From Terriglobales bacterium (lineage in GTDB: Bacteria; Acidobacteriota; Terriglobia; Terriglobales; Acidobacteriaceae): a stretch of 64,000 bases of DNA. A program made the translations under genes and the position numbers. Below are positions 32,497 to 42,137 of this stretch, piece after piece. The notes beneath the pieces are model-generated. The model searched no databases. It was not told the DNA's origin and saw only the letters and a program-made list of their open reading frames with translations. Every line of letters starts with the position of its first letter. Within the stretch, counting starts at the first letter, position 1. The DNA is taken from contig DASRGM010000056.1 of the NCBI GenBank assembly GCA_035651035.1, positions 2,877 to 66,876 on the forward strand. The letters are read 5' to 3'.

Positions 32497-33791
32497 GCCC
32501 TACGACAGCAGAGCCAAACGAAGCCGAGCGCGCCGAGGTACAGGGCGAACGACAACCGGAGCATCACGATCCCGAAGTACGTGACCGGGAAGAAGAGCGC
32601 CGCGGTTTTTTTCAGCGCCATCCGGCTGCGAAACCGATCGTCTTCCTGGTGGCGATTGTCGCAGTGGTCCTGGTGGGCTGGTTCTGGTGGGAGAGCCGGC
32701 ACTGGGAGGATACCGACGACGCTCAGGTGGACGGCCACATTTATCCCGTCAGCGCGCGAGTGAACGGCCACGTCATCAAGGTGAACTACGATGATGGCGA
32801 TTTTGTGAAGAAGGGTGACGTGCTGGTGGTGGTCGATCCTACCGACTACCAGGTTGCGCTGGAGCGGGCGCGCGCCGACTATGCCGATGCTCAGGCGCAG
32901 GCGGACGCGGCGCGCTATGGCGTGCCGGTGTCCAGCGTAGGATCACTGGCGCAGATTCGCTCCGCCAGTGCCGATATGGCCTCAGCCCAAGCCTCGGTGG
33001 CCGCCGCACAGAAGCAGGCCGAAGCTGCGCAGGCGGACGTAATACAGGCGCAGGCCGACGCGTTAAAACTCAATACTGATGTGGAACGTTATCGCCAGCT
33101 TCTGGACAAGCGTGAGATCTCGCAACAGCAATTCGACGCTGCCACGGCTGCCGCAACCGCCGCCAACGCCACGGTGCAATCGCGGCAGGCCGCGGTGCTG
33201 GCCGCGCAGGCGCAAATCCGGGTGGCACAATCGCGCATCGAGCAGGCCAATTCGGAGCTGCGCAATGCTCAGGTCACTCCCAAGATGGTGGCCGCAACCC
33301 AGGCCAAAGCGCAATCGGCCGACGCGCAGGCGCAGCGCTCGAAGGCCGCCCTCGATCAGGCACAGCTCAACCTGTCTTACACCACCATCGTTGCGCCGGT
33401 CGATGGCGTGGTGGGCAAGCGATCGGTCCAGGTCGGCTCCAATGTCGCGATCGGGCAGGACCTCATGGCGGTTGTGCCCCTCAATGACGTCTGGGTGACA
33501 GCGAACTTCAAGGAGACGCAGCTCGCGTATATGCGCCCCGGCCAGTACGTGAAGGTAAAGGTGGACACCTATGGGGGCAAGACTTGGGACGCGCATGTCA
33601 CCGATGTGGGCGGCGCCACCGGCGCACGATTCAGCCTCCTGCCCCCGGAAAACGCCACCGGAAATTACGTGAAGGTGGTGCAGCGCATTCCCGTACGCAT
33701 CGACTTTGACGGCCACGGAAAGCCCGATTTCAACAAAGATGGCAGGCTGCGGCCCGGCATGTCAGTTGAACCCGATGTAAAGGTCCGATAA
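32493..33791 (+). CDS. HlyD/EmrA-family periplasmic adaptor (membrane fusion protein)
   Basis: 432-aa ORF. ATGA overlap with the TolC gene. One TM, a lipoyl-like VKKGDVLVVVDP, a long Ala/Gln coiled coil, and a beta-barrel C-terminus. Confidence 0.88.
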   Translation: MSPTTAEPNEAERAEVQGERQPEHHDPEVRDREEERRGFFQRHPAAKPIVFLVAIVAVVLVGWFWWESRHWEDTDDAQVDGHIYPVSARVNGHVIKVNYDDGDFVKKGDVLVVVDPTDYQVALERARADYADAQAQADAARYGVPVSSVGSLAQIRSASADMASAQASVAAAQKQAEAAQADVIQAQADALKLNTDVERYRQLLDKREISQQQFDAATAAATAANATVQSRQAAVLAAQAQIRVAQSRIEQANSELRNAQVTPKMVAATQAKAQSADAQAQRSKAALDQAQLNLSYTTIVAPVDGVVGKRSVQVGSNVAIGQDLMAVVPLNDVWVTANFKETQLAYMRPGQYVKVKVDTYGGKTWDAHVTDVGGATGARFSLLPPENATGNYVKVVQRIPVRIDFDGHGKPDFNKDGRLRPGMSVEPDVKVR

Positions 33792-33967
33792 GTTAGCCTC
33801 TTGCTCCGCCGGAGGTGTCTTTCGTAACCCACTTTCCAGCCGAAGCCCGCCCTTTAGTAAGTAGTTCCACCGACCCGCCTCCACCCGCCTCGAAAGATCT
33901 TCTAAGAAGCACTTTTTGGTAGTAATTCATCGGCAACCTGTCATACTCTGTTGCTGCCAAAACCCGC

Positions 33968-35251
33968 ATGAACTTCACGATCCTACCTAACCTGATCGCG
34001 CTTGCCGTTCTTGTGGTAGTTTTCTGGGCCGTTTCGCGCAAGACGATCACGGAACGCCTCTCCCTCTGGCTCGCCGGATGGGTTCTGGTTCTGCTGCACT
34101 TCACTGCGAAATTTCTATCGGGCGGCGGAGCGGTTCGGAGCATGCTGGCAGAGATGGTAGCGGTTGATCTGCTGCTGCTTGCAGGGGCCACGTTTCTGAT
34201 CTCGGTTAGCGCTGTGGCATCGAGCGCAAAACGGCAGCTGACCCTTGCGCTGTGCATCGCCGTTCCTGCCATGGCCTACGCTTCAGGAGCCGTTGCAGGG
34301 GTCACCAGCAAGAACTATTACTACGTTTTTCTCGCGGCTGAATTTCTGGTCCTGGTGGTTGCCTGCCGGCGTTTGGCGCTGCAAAGCAAGCTCCCGATGG
34401 TCGGCGTGCTGGCGGCTGCGAGTTTCGCGATCGGTGTCACGGTCTCCGCCGTCTCCTACGGCAACGCGAAATTCGGTATCGGAATTATTCTGGCCATGCT
34501 GAACTTCGCGGTCGCCGTCCTGTATGCGAGCTGCTATCGCCGCACCACCGCCGGCGTGGTTATAACGGTCACGGGCTTTGCCCTCTGGGGCGCCGCATTT
34601 CCGCTGGCCATCCGCTTGCGAATGCTTGCCGAAGGATTCCGCCCGGAGTCGGAGGCATGGAACATTCCCATTTACCTGGTCGCGGTGGGAATGATGCTCA
34701 CGCTCTTCGAAGACCAGATCGAAATTAGCAAGTATCATGCGTATCACGACGAGCTCACGGGTCTGCCGAACCGCCGGCTGCTGGAAGACCGCCTGGGTTT
34801 GGCTCTGGCGTATGCCCGCAGATCCAAAGCCAAGCTTGCGGTCCTGCAGCTCGATCTGGACCGCTTCAAAGAAGTGAACGACACTCACGGTCACAGGTTC
34901 GGAGATCTGGTGCTGCAGGAGGTCGCCACGCGACTGGCTGCCTGCATTCGTTCGGGCGACACCCTGGCACGCTCCGGCGGCGACGAATTCACCGTCATCA
35001 CTCCTGTCGCCGATCGCCAGGCGGCCGAGCCCCTCATTCGCGCCCTGATGGGAACTCTCACCGCTTCCATCGTGGTCGATGGCAGGGAAGTGCAAACCGG
35101 GCTCAGCATTGGCATCGCTCTATATCCCGATGATGGCATCAATGCCGATCAATTACACGCCGCCGCCGATCATGCCATGTACGCGGTCAAACGCGCGGGA
35201 CGCGGCGTGCAATCCGACGCCTTGTTAACCCAGGCGACGTGGGGAGACTGA
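33968..35251 (+). CDS. membrane-bound diguanylate cyclase (multi-TM N-terminus plus GGDEF)
   Basis: 427-aa ORF. About 8 TM helices, followed by HDELTGLPNRR and RSGGDEF active-site motifs. Confidence 0.9.
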   Translation: MNFTILPNLIALAVLVVVFWAVSRKTITERLSLWLAGWVLVLLHFTAKFLSGGGAVRSMLAEMVAVDLLLLAGATFLISVSAVASSAKRQLTLALCIAVPAMAYASGAVAGVTSKNYYYVFLAAEFLVLVVACRRLALQSKLPMVGVLAAASFAIGVTVSAVSYGNAKFGIGIILAMLNFAVAVLYASCYRRTTAGVVITVTGFALWGAAFPLAIRLRMLAEGFRPESEAWNIPIYLVAVGMMLTLFEDQIEISKYHAYHDELTGLPNRRLLEDRLGLALAYARRSKAKLAVLQLDLDRFKEVNDTHGHRFGDLVLQEVATRLAACIRSGDTLARSGGDEFTVITPVADRQAAEPLIRALMGTLTASIVVDGREVQTGLSIGIALYPDDGINADQLHAAADHAMYAVKRAGRGVQSDALLTQATWGD

Positions 35252-35496
35252 CCTCTCGCCATGGCACGGCGGTCCGAACGGCCGCGTAGCATCAAAGTGC
35301 CGGTAGTAAGTGACTTCCTCAGATGTGCAATAGTTTTCGCTGCCAGGATGGGGATATCGGAAAGCTGCTGAGTCTCAAAGCACTTACAAAGAGGCGATCT
35401 GGAAGGGCAAATGCACTAACGATGTGAGATCAAGCTGCCGTGTCTTTAGTATGGCTGGCGCAGCGGTCGCTAACTTCGCGGGATTGAGAGGCCACT

Positions 35497-36195
35497 ATGA
35501 AGAGTGTGGTAATTGCGCTTTCGTTGGTTCTGGCGTGCACTGTGGGAGCGTTTGCCAGCTCCTGTCCAACCACCACGTATGACCAGTATCTGGGAAGTGG
35601 TTTTAGCTGCACGATCCAGGACCAAACATACTCGAATTTCGCTTACACGGGAACCTCGAATCCCCCAGGTTTTCAGATTCCAGCCGGCTCCGTAGGCGTG
35701 ACGCCGATCAACACACCAGGTAACCCTGGCCTTCAGTTCAGCGCTGGATGGCTCGCCTCGACCGCCACCGGCATCATGGAGCAGGACTCGCTGTTCCAGT
35801 TCACGGTTAATTCCAATACGCCCATCACCGATCTGACCCTGGCCATCGGCGGGGCCTCCTTCATCGGAACCGGTGAAGTGATTGTGGCCGAAACCGCCTG
35901 CCTGGGCGCCCTGCTGCCCAGCTGCACCGGCGGACAGCTCATTACCCTCACGGTGTTTGACGATTCGCAAGGACAGCAGCTGGTTGACACGGCCAACTTT
36001 GCCGGTGTCACCGAGATCTCGGTCTCCAAGGACCTCACGGTTGCTGCCGGTACTAACGGCGAAGCCACCGTTTCGGTCCTGACCGACCAGTTCTCCGAAG
36101 GCACCCAGACCGTTCCCGAGCCCAGCACCCTGAGCATGATCGGACTCGGCGGCCTAGGACTTCTCGGCTTCGCTCGCCGCAAGCTGAATCTCTAA
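35497..36195 (+). CDS. PEP-CTERM sorting-signal protein (secreted)
   Basis: 232-aa ORF with a signal peptide. The C-terminus VPEPSTLSMIGLGGLGLLGFARRK is the PEP motif plus a TM plus a basic tail. Confidence 0.88.
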   Translation: MKSVVIALSLVLACTVGAFASSCPTTTYDQYLGSGFSCTIQDQTYSNFAYTGTSNPPGFQIPAGSVGVTPINTPGNPGLQFSAGWLASTATGIMEQDSLFQFTVNSNTPITDLTLAIGGASFIGTGEVIVAETACLGALLPSCTGGQLITLTVFDDSQGQQLVDTANFAGVTEISVSKDLTVAAGTNGEATVSVLTDQFSEGTQTVPEPSTLSMIGLGGLGLLGFARRKLNL

Positions 36196-36220
36196 CTCGG
36201 CCATCTCGCGAAGGATTACC

Positions 36221-36250
36221 AAAGCCGGAATCTCTGATTCCGGCTTTTTA
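36221..36250 (+). terminator. rho-independent terminator after the PEP-CTERM gene
   Basis: AGCCGGAAT-CTCTG-ATTCCGGCT (9-bp stem) followed by TTTTT. Confidence 0.85.
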
Positions 36251-36311
36251 CTTTGCCAGCGCGCTCTTGGCGTCCGCATGTGTTAGTGTGATGCTGTTGC
36301 CCAGAGCTGTC

Positions 36312-37154
36312 ATGAGCCCGCGCAATTCCGGAATTCCGCTTGTCTTCTTCTGCGTTGCCATCCTTCTTGTCCCTGCATTCCTCCACGCCCAGAACGCTAG
36401 CTTTGCGCAGAAGCTCTACGGTAGGTGGTACACGTATCCGCTGGGAAACCCGAATACCGACCCCGTCCGGCACGAGTTCCGCCACAATAGTGAAAACGGC
36501 AGCGACGAGATGATCGTGACACGCGTCTGTCCCGGCGATCCCGGTCAGAAAGTTGCCCGGGCGGTTTCGCCCATCGAGGTCTCCGAAGACACGATTCGCG
36601 TCCTCAAGAATGCCTCGGACAACGTGCCCGGCCGCGGCACTGCTGTCTGCCAGGCCGGCATTACCGCCGGAAGCCTGGCGTACAGCTTTTCGGAGGACGG
36701 CCAGCACCTCATCCTCACCGACCCGGGCGGCAATCCCGATATCCTCGAACTCGCGCCCGAAGCGACGGCCCAGGACAAGCTAGTGCCGAAAAGACTCTAC
36801 GGGACCTGGATCCTGCCGCCCGCTGATGGTAAAGAGTTCCGCATGCTGGTTCGGCTGGTCTTCTATACGACCGCCGATCGCCAGGACAGAGTGCGCAAGA
36901 TCGCCGTCTGCTCCAAGGGAACCGACAGCCTGGTGGCGCATGTCGATTCCGAGATCGCGCTGGAGAAGGACCGCATCACGGTGCCGGAGTCGGCAACCCA
37001 CCAGGAACAGCAAGGCACCTTCACCTGTACCGCCAGTATTGCTGCCGGGGCGTATCGCTATGAGGTCGCTCCGAGCGGAATGACCATGACCCTAAGCGCC
37101 GCGGGCAGCAAGCCGCTCACGCTCACCCGCGACCAGAATAGCGGTCTAAACTAG
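36312..37154 (+). CDS. secreted hypothetical protein with internal two-fold duplication
   Basis: Start placed at MSPRNSG. Signal peptide ends ...AFLHAQ. Two related halves begin KLYGRWYTYP and RLYGTWILPP, each with two Cys. Confidence 0.6.
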   Translation: MSPRNSGIPLVFFCVAILLVPAFLHAQNASFAQKLYGRWYTYPLGNPNTDPVRHEFRHNSENGSDEMIVTRVCPGDPGQKVARAVSPIEVSEDTIRVLKNASDNVPGRGTAVCQAGITAGSLAYSFSEDGQHLILTDPGGNPDILELAPEATAQDKLVPKRLYGTWILPPADGKEFRMLVRLVFYTTADRQDRVRKIAVCSKGTDSLVAHVDSEIALEKDRITVPESATHQEQQGTFTCTASIAAGAYRYEVAPSGMTMTLSAAGSKPLTLTRDQNSGLN

Positions 37155-37158
37155 AGTC

Positions 37159-38061
37159 ATGCCTCTCCGGTTGCTGCGCTGCGCCCTCATGTTGATGGCG
37201 GCAACGGCCTTGCTTTGGCCCATTCCTGCTGCGCACGCGCAGCAGCGCAACCAGCGCCTCATCCTTAAGGACGGCACGTTTCAGTCGGTCAGCCAATATG
37301 AGGTGCAGGGAGACCGCGTTCATTACATGAGCGCCGAACGCTTCGAGTGGGAGGACATTCCGGCAGCGCTTATCGATTGGGATGCCACCAACAAGTACAA
37401 CAAAGAGCTGAGCAGCGGTAAGCTGACGATCAGGACGGTCGAGACTCCCGAGGAAAAAGAAGCGCGCGCAAAGGAGGAGGCGAACTCACCTGAGATTGCT
37501 CCTGGCGTGCGTCTGCCCGGCACCGGTGGCGTCTTCCTGTTTGACCAGTTCGCGGGCAAGCCGGAGGCGGCGGAGATTGTGCAGAACGGCAGCGAGGTCG
37601 AGAAAACCTCGCGCAAGAAAGGCGTTTTACGCTCGGCCATCAACCCCCTGGCTGCCAGCAAGCAGGGCTTTTCCATTAAAGGGGAGCACGCCCCGGTCCA
37701 GTCGCACGTCCCGCGTCCCACCATCTACATCGACATCGACGAAGGGCCGCAGCCCGATGCGTCCCTCGGCGATCGCTTCCGAATCGTGCGCGCCACGCCC
37801 AGGAACGGCACACGAGTCATCGGCGATGTGAAGGTTACCGTCACCGGCAAGGTCTCGGAAGAGACTTCCAGTCTGCCCGCTACGCTGGAGAAGCTGGGCA
37901 AAGGACAGTGGCTGAAGCTCACCCCGGCTCGGGACCTGGCGCCCGGTGAGTACGCCATCGTGGAGATGCTCACGCCGCAAGAGATGAACCTCTACGTCTG
38001 GGACTTCGGAGTGAACCCCAACGCGCCCGCCAATCCGAATACGTGGCAGCCGGCGAAATAG
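37159..38061 (+). CDS. secreted hypothetical protein
   Basis: 300-aa ORF, 4 nt after the previous stop. Signal peptide ends ...PAAHAQ. I recognise no family. Confidence 0.6.
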   Translation: MPLRLLRCALMLMAATALLWPIPAAHAQQRNQRLILKDGTFQSVSQYEVQGDRVHYMSAERFEWEDIPAALIDWDATNKYNKELSSGKLTIRTVETPEEKEARAKEEANSPEIAPGVRLPGTGGVFLFDQFAGKPEAAEIVQNGSEVEKTSRKKGVLRSAINPLAASKQGFSIKGEHAPVQSHVPRPTIYIDIDEGPQPDASLGDRFRIVRATPRNGTRVIGDVKVTVTGKVSEETSSLPATLEKLGKGQWLKLTPARDLAPGEYAIVEMLTPQEMNLYVWDFGVNPNAPANPNTWQPAK

Positions 38062-38155
38062 CACTTGGCACTCGGCACTTGGCCGTTGCGCGTTGTCGGT
38101 GGGCTAATCCTGCATACCTAACTTTCAATTGCCAACTGCCGAATGCCAACTGCCC
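38060..38155 (+). repeat. imperfect inverted pair of GCACTTGGCA / TGCCAACTGCC repeats upstream of rodZ
   Basis: AGCACTTGGCACTCGGCACTTGGCC (38060-38084) and TTGCCAACTGCCGAATGCCAACTGCCC (38129-38155). Confidence 0.7.
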
Positions 38156-38180
38156 ATTTGCAGGTGCTATCATTCCGACC

Positions 38181-39083
38181 GTGAGCTCCTTTGGTGAGCG
38201 TCTGCGGCGCCAACGCGAGATGCGAGGCATCTCCCTGGAAGAAATCGTCGCCACCACCAAGATCAGCCGTCGCCAGCTACAAGCTCTCGAAGACGAGCAG
38301 TTCGACCTGCTGCCCGGAGGGATCTTCAACAAGTCCTACGTGCGCGCCTACGCCAAGTGTGTCGGAATCAACGAAGAGGAAGCGGTTGCCGAGTACCTGG
38401 AGGCGGCGCAGGAAGTCCCGCCCAATACCAAGGTCATCGCCCACCAGCATGCCTCCATTCATACCGACCGGCGTCCGGAGCGCACCGGCTTTCCGCTTGT
38501 CCCGGTACTCGTGCTTGTGGTGGTTGTCGTCGGGGCCGTGGCCGGATGGAACCTGTACCAGGAGCACCAGCGCGAGCGGCCGCAACACATCGCACAGACA
38601 GCTCCGGTTGAGGCGCCTGCCCCTTCAGCAGCAACCACACCTGCCAACAGCACAAAGACCGCTGAGAACGGCCCGGCCCCTGCCGCCGAGCATGGGGTAG
38701 TCCAAGGAGTATCGGTCAACTCCACCGTGGAAGATCCTGGAAGGCCGTCGCGCGAGACTCCAGCCGGGAGCCCTGCCGGGACGACAGCGGCCGGTGCGCT
38801 CGATGCCGCCTCCGCTTCCGAATTAGAGGTCACCGTTCGTCCGAAGGACCGGGCCTGGGTTGCGATCAAGGCTGACGGCGACTACGTGGTTCGCGGCATC
38901 GTCAGGCCCGGCGCGGTGAGGACCATACACGCTCACAATCAGGTCATCTTCTACACCACGAATGCCGGCGCAGTCGACCTCGCCTTCAACGGCCAGGACG
39001 TTCCCGACACTGGCCGCCTGCATGAAGAACAGACGCTGGTCTTCAACTCGCATGGGCTGCTGCCCAAGGCTGCCAAACCATGA
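38181..39083 (+). CDS. rodZ: RodZ-like cytoskeleton protein (HTH, TM, DUF4115-type C-terminus)
   Basis: GTG start chosen at VSSFGERLRRQRE. XRE-type HTH, one TM (LVPVLVLVVVVVGAVAGW), a Pro/Ala linker, and a C-terminal beta domain. Confidence 0.8.
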   Translation: MSSFGERLRRQREMRGISLEEIVATTKISRRQLQALEDEQFDLLPGGIFNKSYVRAYAKCVGINEEEAVAEYLEAAQEVPPNTKVIAHQHASIHTDRRPERTGFPLVPVLVLVVVVVGAVAGWNLYQEHQRERPQHIAQTAPVEAPAPSAATTPANSTKTAENGPAPAAEHGVVQGVSVNSTVEDPGRPSRETPAGSPAGTTAAGALDAASASELEVTVRPKDRAWVAIKADGDYVVRGIVRPGAVRTIHAHNQVIFYTTNAGAVDLAFNGQDVPDTGRLHEEQTLVFNSHGLLPKAAKP

Positions 39084-40108
39084 GCGCGCCTCGACGCGAC
39101 ACCCAGCAGTCCCTAGCCGGCCATACCGGCGAGAACGTTGTCCGGATCGAAGCGGAGGCGCTACGCGCCCTGGCTGATCGCCTGGCGGGCCCCATGGCGG
39201 AGCCCTTCGATCGCGCGCTAGACCTGCTGCACGGCTGCGCAGGGAGGATCGTGGTCAGCGGAATGGGGAAGAGCGGGCTGATCGCACGCAAAATCGCCGC
39301 CACGCTGGCTTCGACCGGCAGCCCGGCTCTCTATTTGCATCCTGCCGAAGCCTTGCACGGCGACCTGGGGATGGTGGTGCGCGGCGATGTCGTGCTGGCG
39401 CTTTCCGCCAGCGGCGAAACCGACGAGGTGCTGCAACTGCTGGCCAGCGTCAAGCGTTTGGGCATTCCGCTGATCGCCATGACCTGCGACGAGCTGCACG
39501 GACCGGAGGAGCCGCGTAACGCGTCTAGGCTGGCGCAGGCGGCCGACGTTGCCTTGGATTGTTCTGTGGCCCACGAGGCCTGCTCGCTCGGCCTGGCGCC
39601 CACCGCCAGCACCACCACCATGCTTGCGCTTGGCGACGCCCTGGCCGTCGCCCTGTCGGAGCGCCGGGGTTTTGCCGAGGAAGATTTCGCCAATCTCCAT
39701 CCCGGCGGCAAGCTGGGCAAGCGTTTTGCCCGCGTCTCGTCACTGATGCACAGCGGCAACGCTGTCCCGCGCGTGGAGCCCGGTACGCCGATGACGGAAG
39801 CTATCTACGAAATGTCGCGCAAAGGCCTCGGCATGACGACGGTGGTGGACGGCGGCAAACTGGTCGGGCTGATCAGCGACGGCGATCTGCGCCGCCTGCT
39901 TGAGCGCCACGGCAAGCACGTGCTCGATCTTGCGGCCAGTGCCTGCATGACGCGCTCGCCGCATGTCATCGGGCCGCAGGTCTTTGCTATCGCAGCGCTG
40001 GACATCATGGAGCAGAAGAAGATCACATCGCTCCCGGTTGTCGATGACGGCGGCAGCCTGCTCGGCATTCTGCATCTGCACGACCTGTGGGGAACACAGA
40101 TGCTGTAG
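39080..40108 (+). CDS. kpsF: arabinose-5-phosphate isomerase (SIS plus tandem CBS)
   Basis: 342-aa ORF. ATGA overlap with rodZ. GMGKSG, SASGET, and a CBS pair at the C-terminus. Confidence 0.88.
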   Translation: MSAPRRDTQQSLAGHTGENVVRIEAEALRALADRLAGPMAEPFDRALDLLHGCAGRIVVSGMGKSGLIARKIAATLASTGSPALYLHPAEALHGDLGMVVRGDVVLALSASGETDEVLQLLASVKRLGIPLIAMTCDELHGPEEPRNASRLAQAADVALDCSVAHEACSLGLAPTASTTTMLALGDALAVALSERRGFAEEDFANLHPGGKLGKRFARVSSLMHSGNAVPRVEPGTPMTEAIYEMSRKGLGMTTVVDGGKLVGLISDGDLRRLLERHGKHVLDLAASACMTRSPHVIGPQVFAIAALDIMEQKKITSLPVVDDGGSLLGILHLHDLWGTQML

Positions 40109-40169
40109 CCGCTGGTTGCTTTGGAAGTTGGGTAAGCACGCGTCGAGGGATGCGTGCCGGCAGCCCGCT

Positions 40170-41903
40170 TTATCCGCCGGCCCGGCCCAGCGATGCTTGC
40201 TCTTCCGCGTTCGCGAAGGCGTCAACCGCATCGTGCAGACGGTCGAAGATCCGGTTGCTTCCTACCGCTTCGGTTACATGATGCCGGTTGAAGTCCGCCT
40301 GCAAGGGCTCGGGCAGCCGTGCAAATCCCAAGGTCACACCTGCCTGTGTCAGCTCCTGATTAAGCTCGCGTACCACGCGCGCCGCCGTGTAGTCGATGTT
40401 GGTGATGGCCTCGGCATCGACCACCACCCAGCGCACCGGCGATGGCTCAGCGCCCACGATCATGCGAATCTGGTCCGAAAACCGGCCCGCGTTTGCGTAG
40501 AACAGAGGAGCGCCGAAGCTATAGATCGTCAGCCCCGCATGAGTCGTCGCGCCGGGCGTTGGCGGAACATGCTTCCAGTGCACCCCGTCCACCACCAGCA
40601 CGCCGGTATGCGGATGATAGCTGTGCCGCACGATGCGCAGCAGCGACAGCACCATGGCCAGAATGATTCCCTGTTCGACGCCAACCGCGACCACCACTAC
40701 CGCGGTCAACACCGCCAGAACGTACTCGCCCGGGCTCTCCTTGCGCATCCGCGCCAGCTTGGGGAAGTCGGGCAGCCGCGTGGCAATCACAAAAACGATA
40801 GCGCCCAGCACGCAGCGCGGCAGATATTGCAGCGGCCAGGTGAAGAACATCAGGACCACGGCCACCACGGTCGCAGTGGAAATCTGCGCCAGCTGGCTGG
40901 CAGCTCCCGAACTTTCCACCATGGCGGTTTGCGTTGGGCTGCCATTGACCACAAACGTCCCGCTCACGCCCGCCAGTGCGTTGGCCGCCGACAGGCCGAG
41001 CAAATCGGAGTTCTCGTTGAGCTCCATGTGATGGCGCTCGGCGTACAGACGCGCCGTGGCCGCGCTCTGCGCCAGGATCATCACAAAGCACGAGGCGGCG
41101 ATTGGAATCAGCGCCTGGAAGTCCTTCCCGCTGATCGCCGGCAATCCAAGATGGGGCAGCCCGCCTGCGATCGATCCGATGACGGCAATCTTGTGCCCGC
41201 CGAAGTCCAGGAACTTGCTGGCCACGATTCCCGCAATCACCGCAATCAGCGAAACAGGTATCTTGGGCGCTACCCGCTTCACCACCAGAATGAAGGTCAC
41301 CACCGTCACTGAGATGGCCAGCGTCGCCCAATGCAGCGTGGGCAGCTTTCGTATCACCTCTGCCAGTTGTCCCAGCGTTCGGTGCGAAGCAATGTCGAGT
41401 CCCAGCATGCCGCCCAGGACCGCGATGCCCACCTGAAAACCCACGCCCGTCAGAAAGCCGACCAGCACGGTGCGCGAGAGAAAGTCGGCGAGAAACCCCA
41501 GCTTCAGCAGGCGCGCCAGCAGCAGAAGGGCAGCTGTGAGCAGCGCCACCATAGTCGCCAGCTCGACATAACGCGGGCTTGCGATCGGCGCCATGGAAGA
41601 CAGACCGCTGAAGATGATTGCTGCTGTCGCCGAGTCCGCAGCCACCACCAGATAGCGCGAGGAGCCGAACGCCGCAAATCCCACCGGCGGCAGCAACAGC
41701 GTGTACAGACCTGTTACCACCGGCATGCCCGCAATCTTGGTGTAGCCGAGCGCTTGCGGGATATTCATCGCCGCCAGCTGCACGCCGGCCAGGATGTCGC
41801 GAATCGCCTGTTGCCGCCGAAGCGGCCGCAGGCTCTGGAACAGGCCCCGCGCTTTGGGGCTCCCGTTCGTCGGTCTAGCGGGTTGGGTTGCCGGGCTCGA
41901 CAA
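40170..41903 (-). CDS. SulP-family anion transporter with C-terminal STAS domain
   Basis: 577-aa ORF. It has the SulP N-terminal motif (DILAGVQLAAMNIPQALGY), about 11 TM helices and a STAS domain. Confidence 0.9.
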   Translation of the reverse strand: MSSPATQPARPTNGSPKARGLFQSLRPLRRQQAIRDILAGVQLAAMNIPQALGYTKIAGMPVVTGLYTLLLPPVGFAAFGSSRYLVVAADSATAAIIFSGLSSMAPIASPRYVELATMVALLTAALLLLARLLKLGFLADFLSRTVLVGFLTGVGFQVGIAVLGGMLGLDIASHRTLGQLAEVIRKLPTLHWATLAISVTVVTFILVVKRVAPKIPVSLIAVIAGIVASKFLDFGGHKIAVIGSIAGGLPHLGLPAISGKDFQALIPIAASCFVMILAQSAATARLYAERHHMELNENSDLLGLSAANALAGVSGTFVVNGSPTQTAMVESSGAASQLAQISTATVVAVVLMFFTWPLQYLPRCVLGAIVFVIATRLPDFPKLARMRKESPGEYVLAVLTAVVVVAVGVEQGIILAMVLSLLRIVRHSYHPHTGVLVVDGVHWKHVPPTPGATTHAGLTIYSFGAPLFYANAGRFSDQIRMIVGAEPSPVRWVVVDAEAITNIDYTAARVVRELNQELTQAGVTLGFARLPEPLQADFNRHHVTEAVGSNRIFDRLHDAVDAFANAEEQASLGRAGG

Positions 41904-42137
41904 GGATGTTAATGTCCGGTTAATTCGTTAGCAGAGAATGTACCACCTAAGGAAACTCTGGGTAAGCTGGTTGCTGCCTGTGGAGTCAAAACGAGCTGCG
42001 AAGCAGCGGCTGCGCGCTTAGGCCCGGTTGCAAGCCTGGGGGTAACGGCTGGGAAGGATCAAGCCTCTCTAGCGGCGTCCACGCCGTCAAAGCCCGATGT
42101 TATCCTTATCCCGCTATCCTCAGGGGCTCACCACGCG

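Noticed and set aside
35252-35496. c-di-GMP riboswitch between the GGDEF gene and the PEP-CTERM gene.
   Set aside because: I looked for GEMM-I-like GGCAAAC / ACGCAAAGC elements. Only a loose GGGCAAATGC is present, which is not enough.
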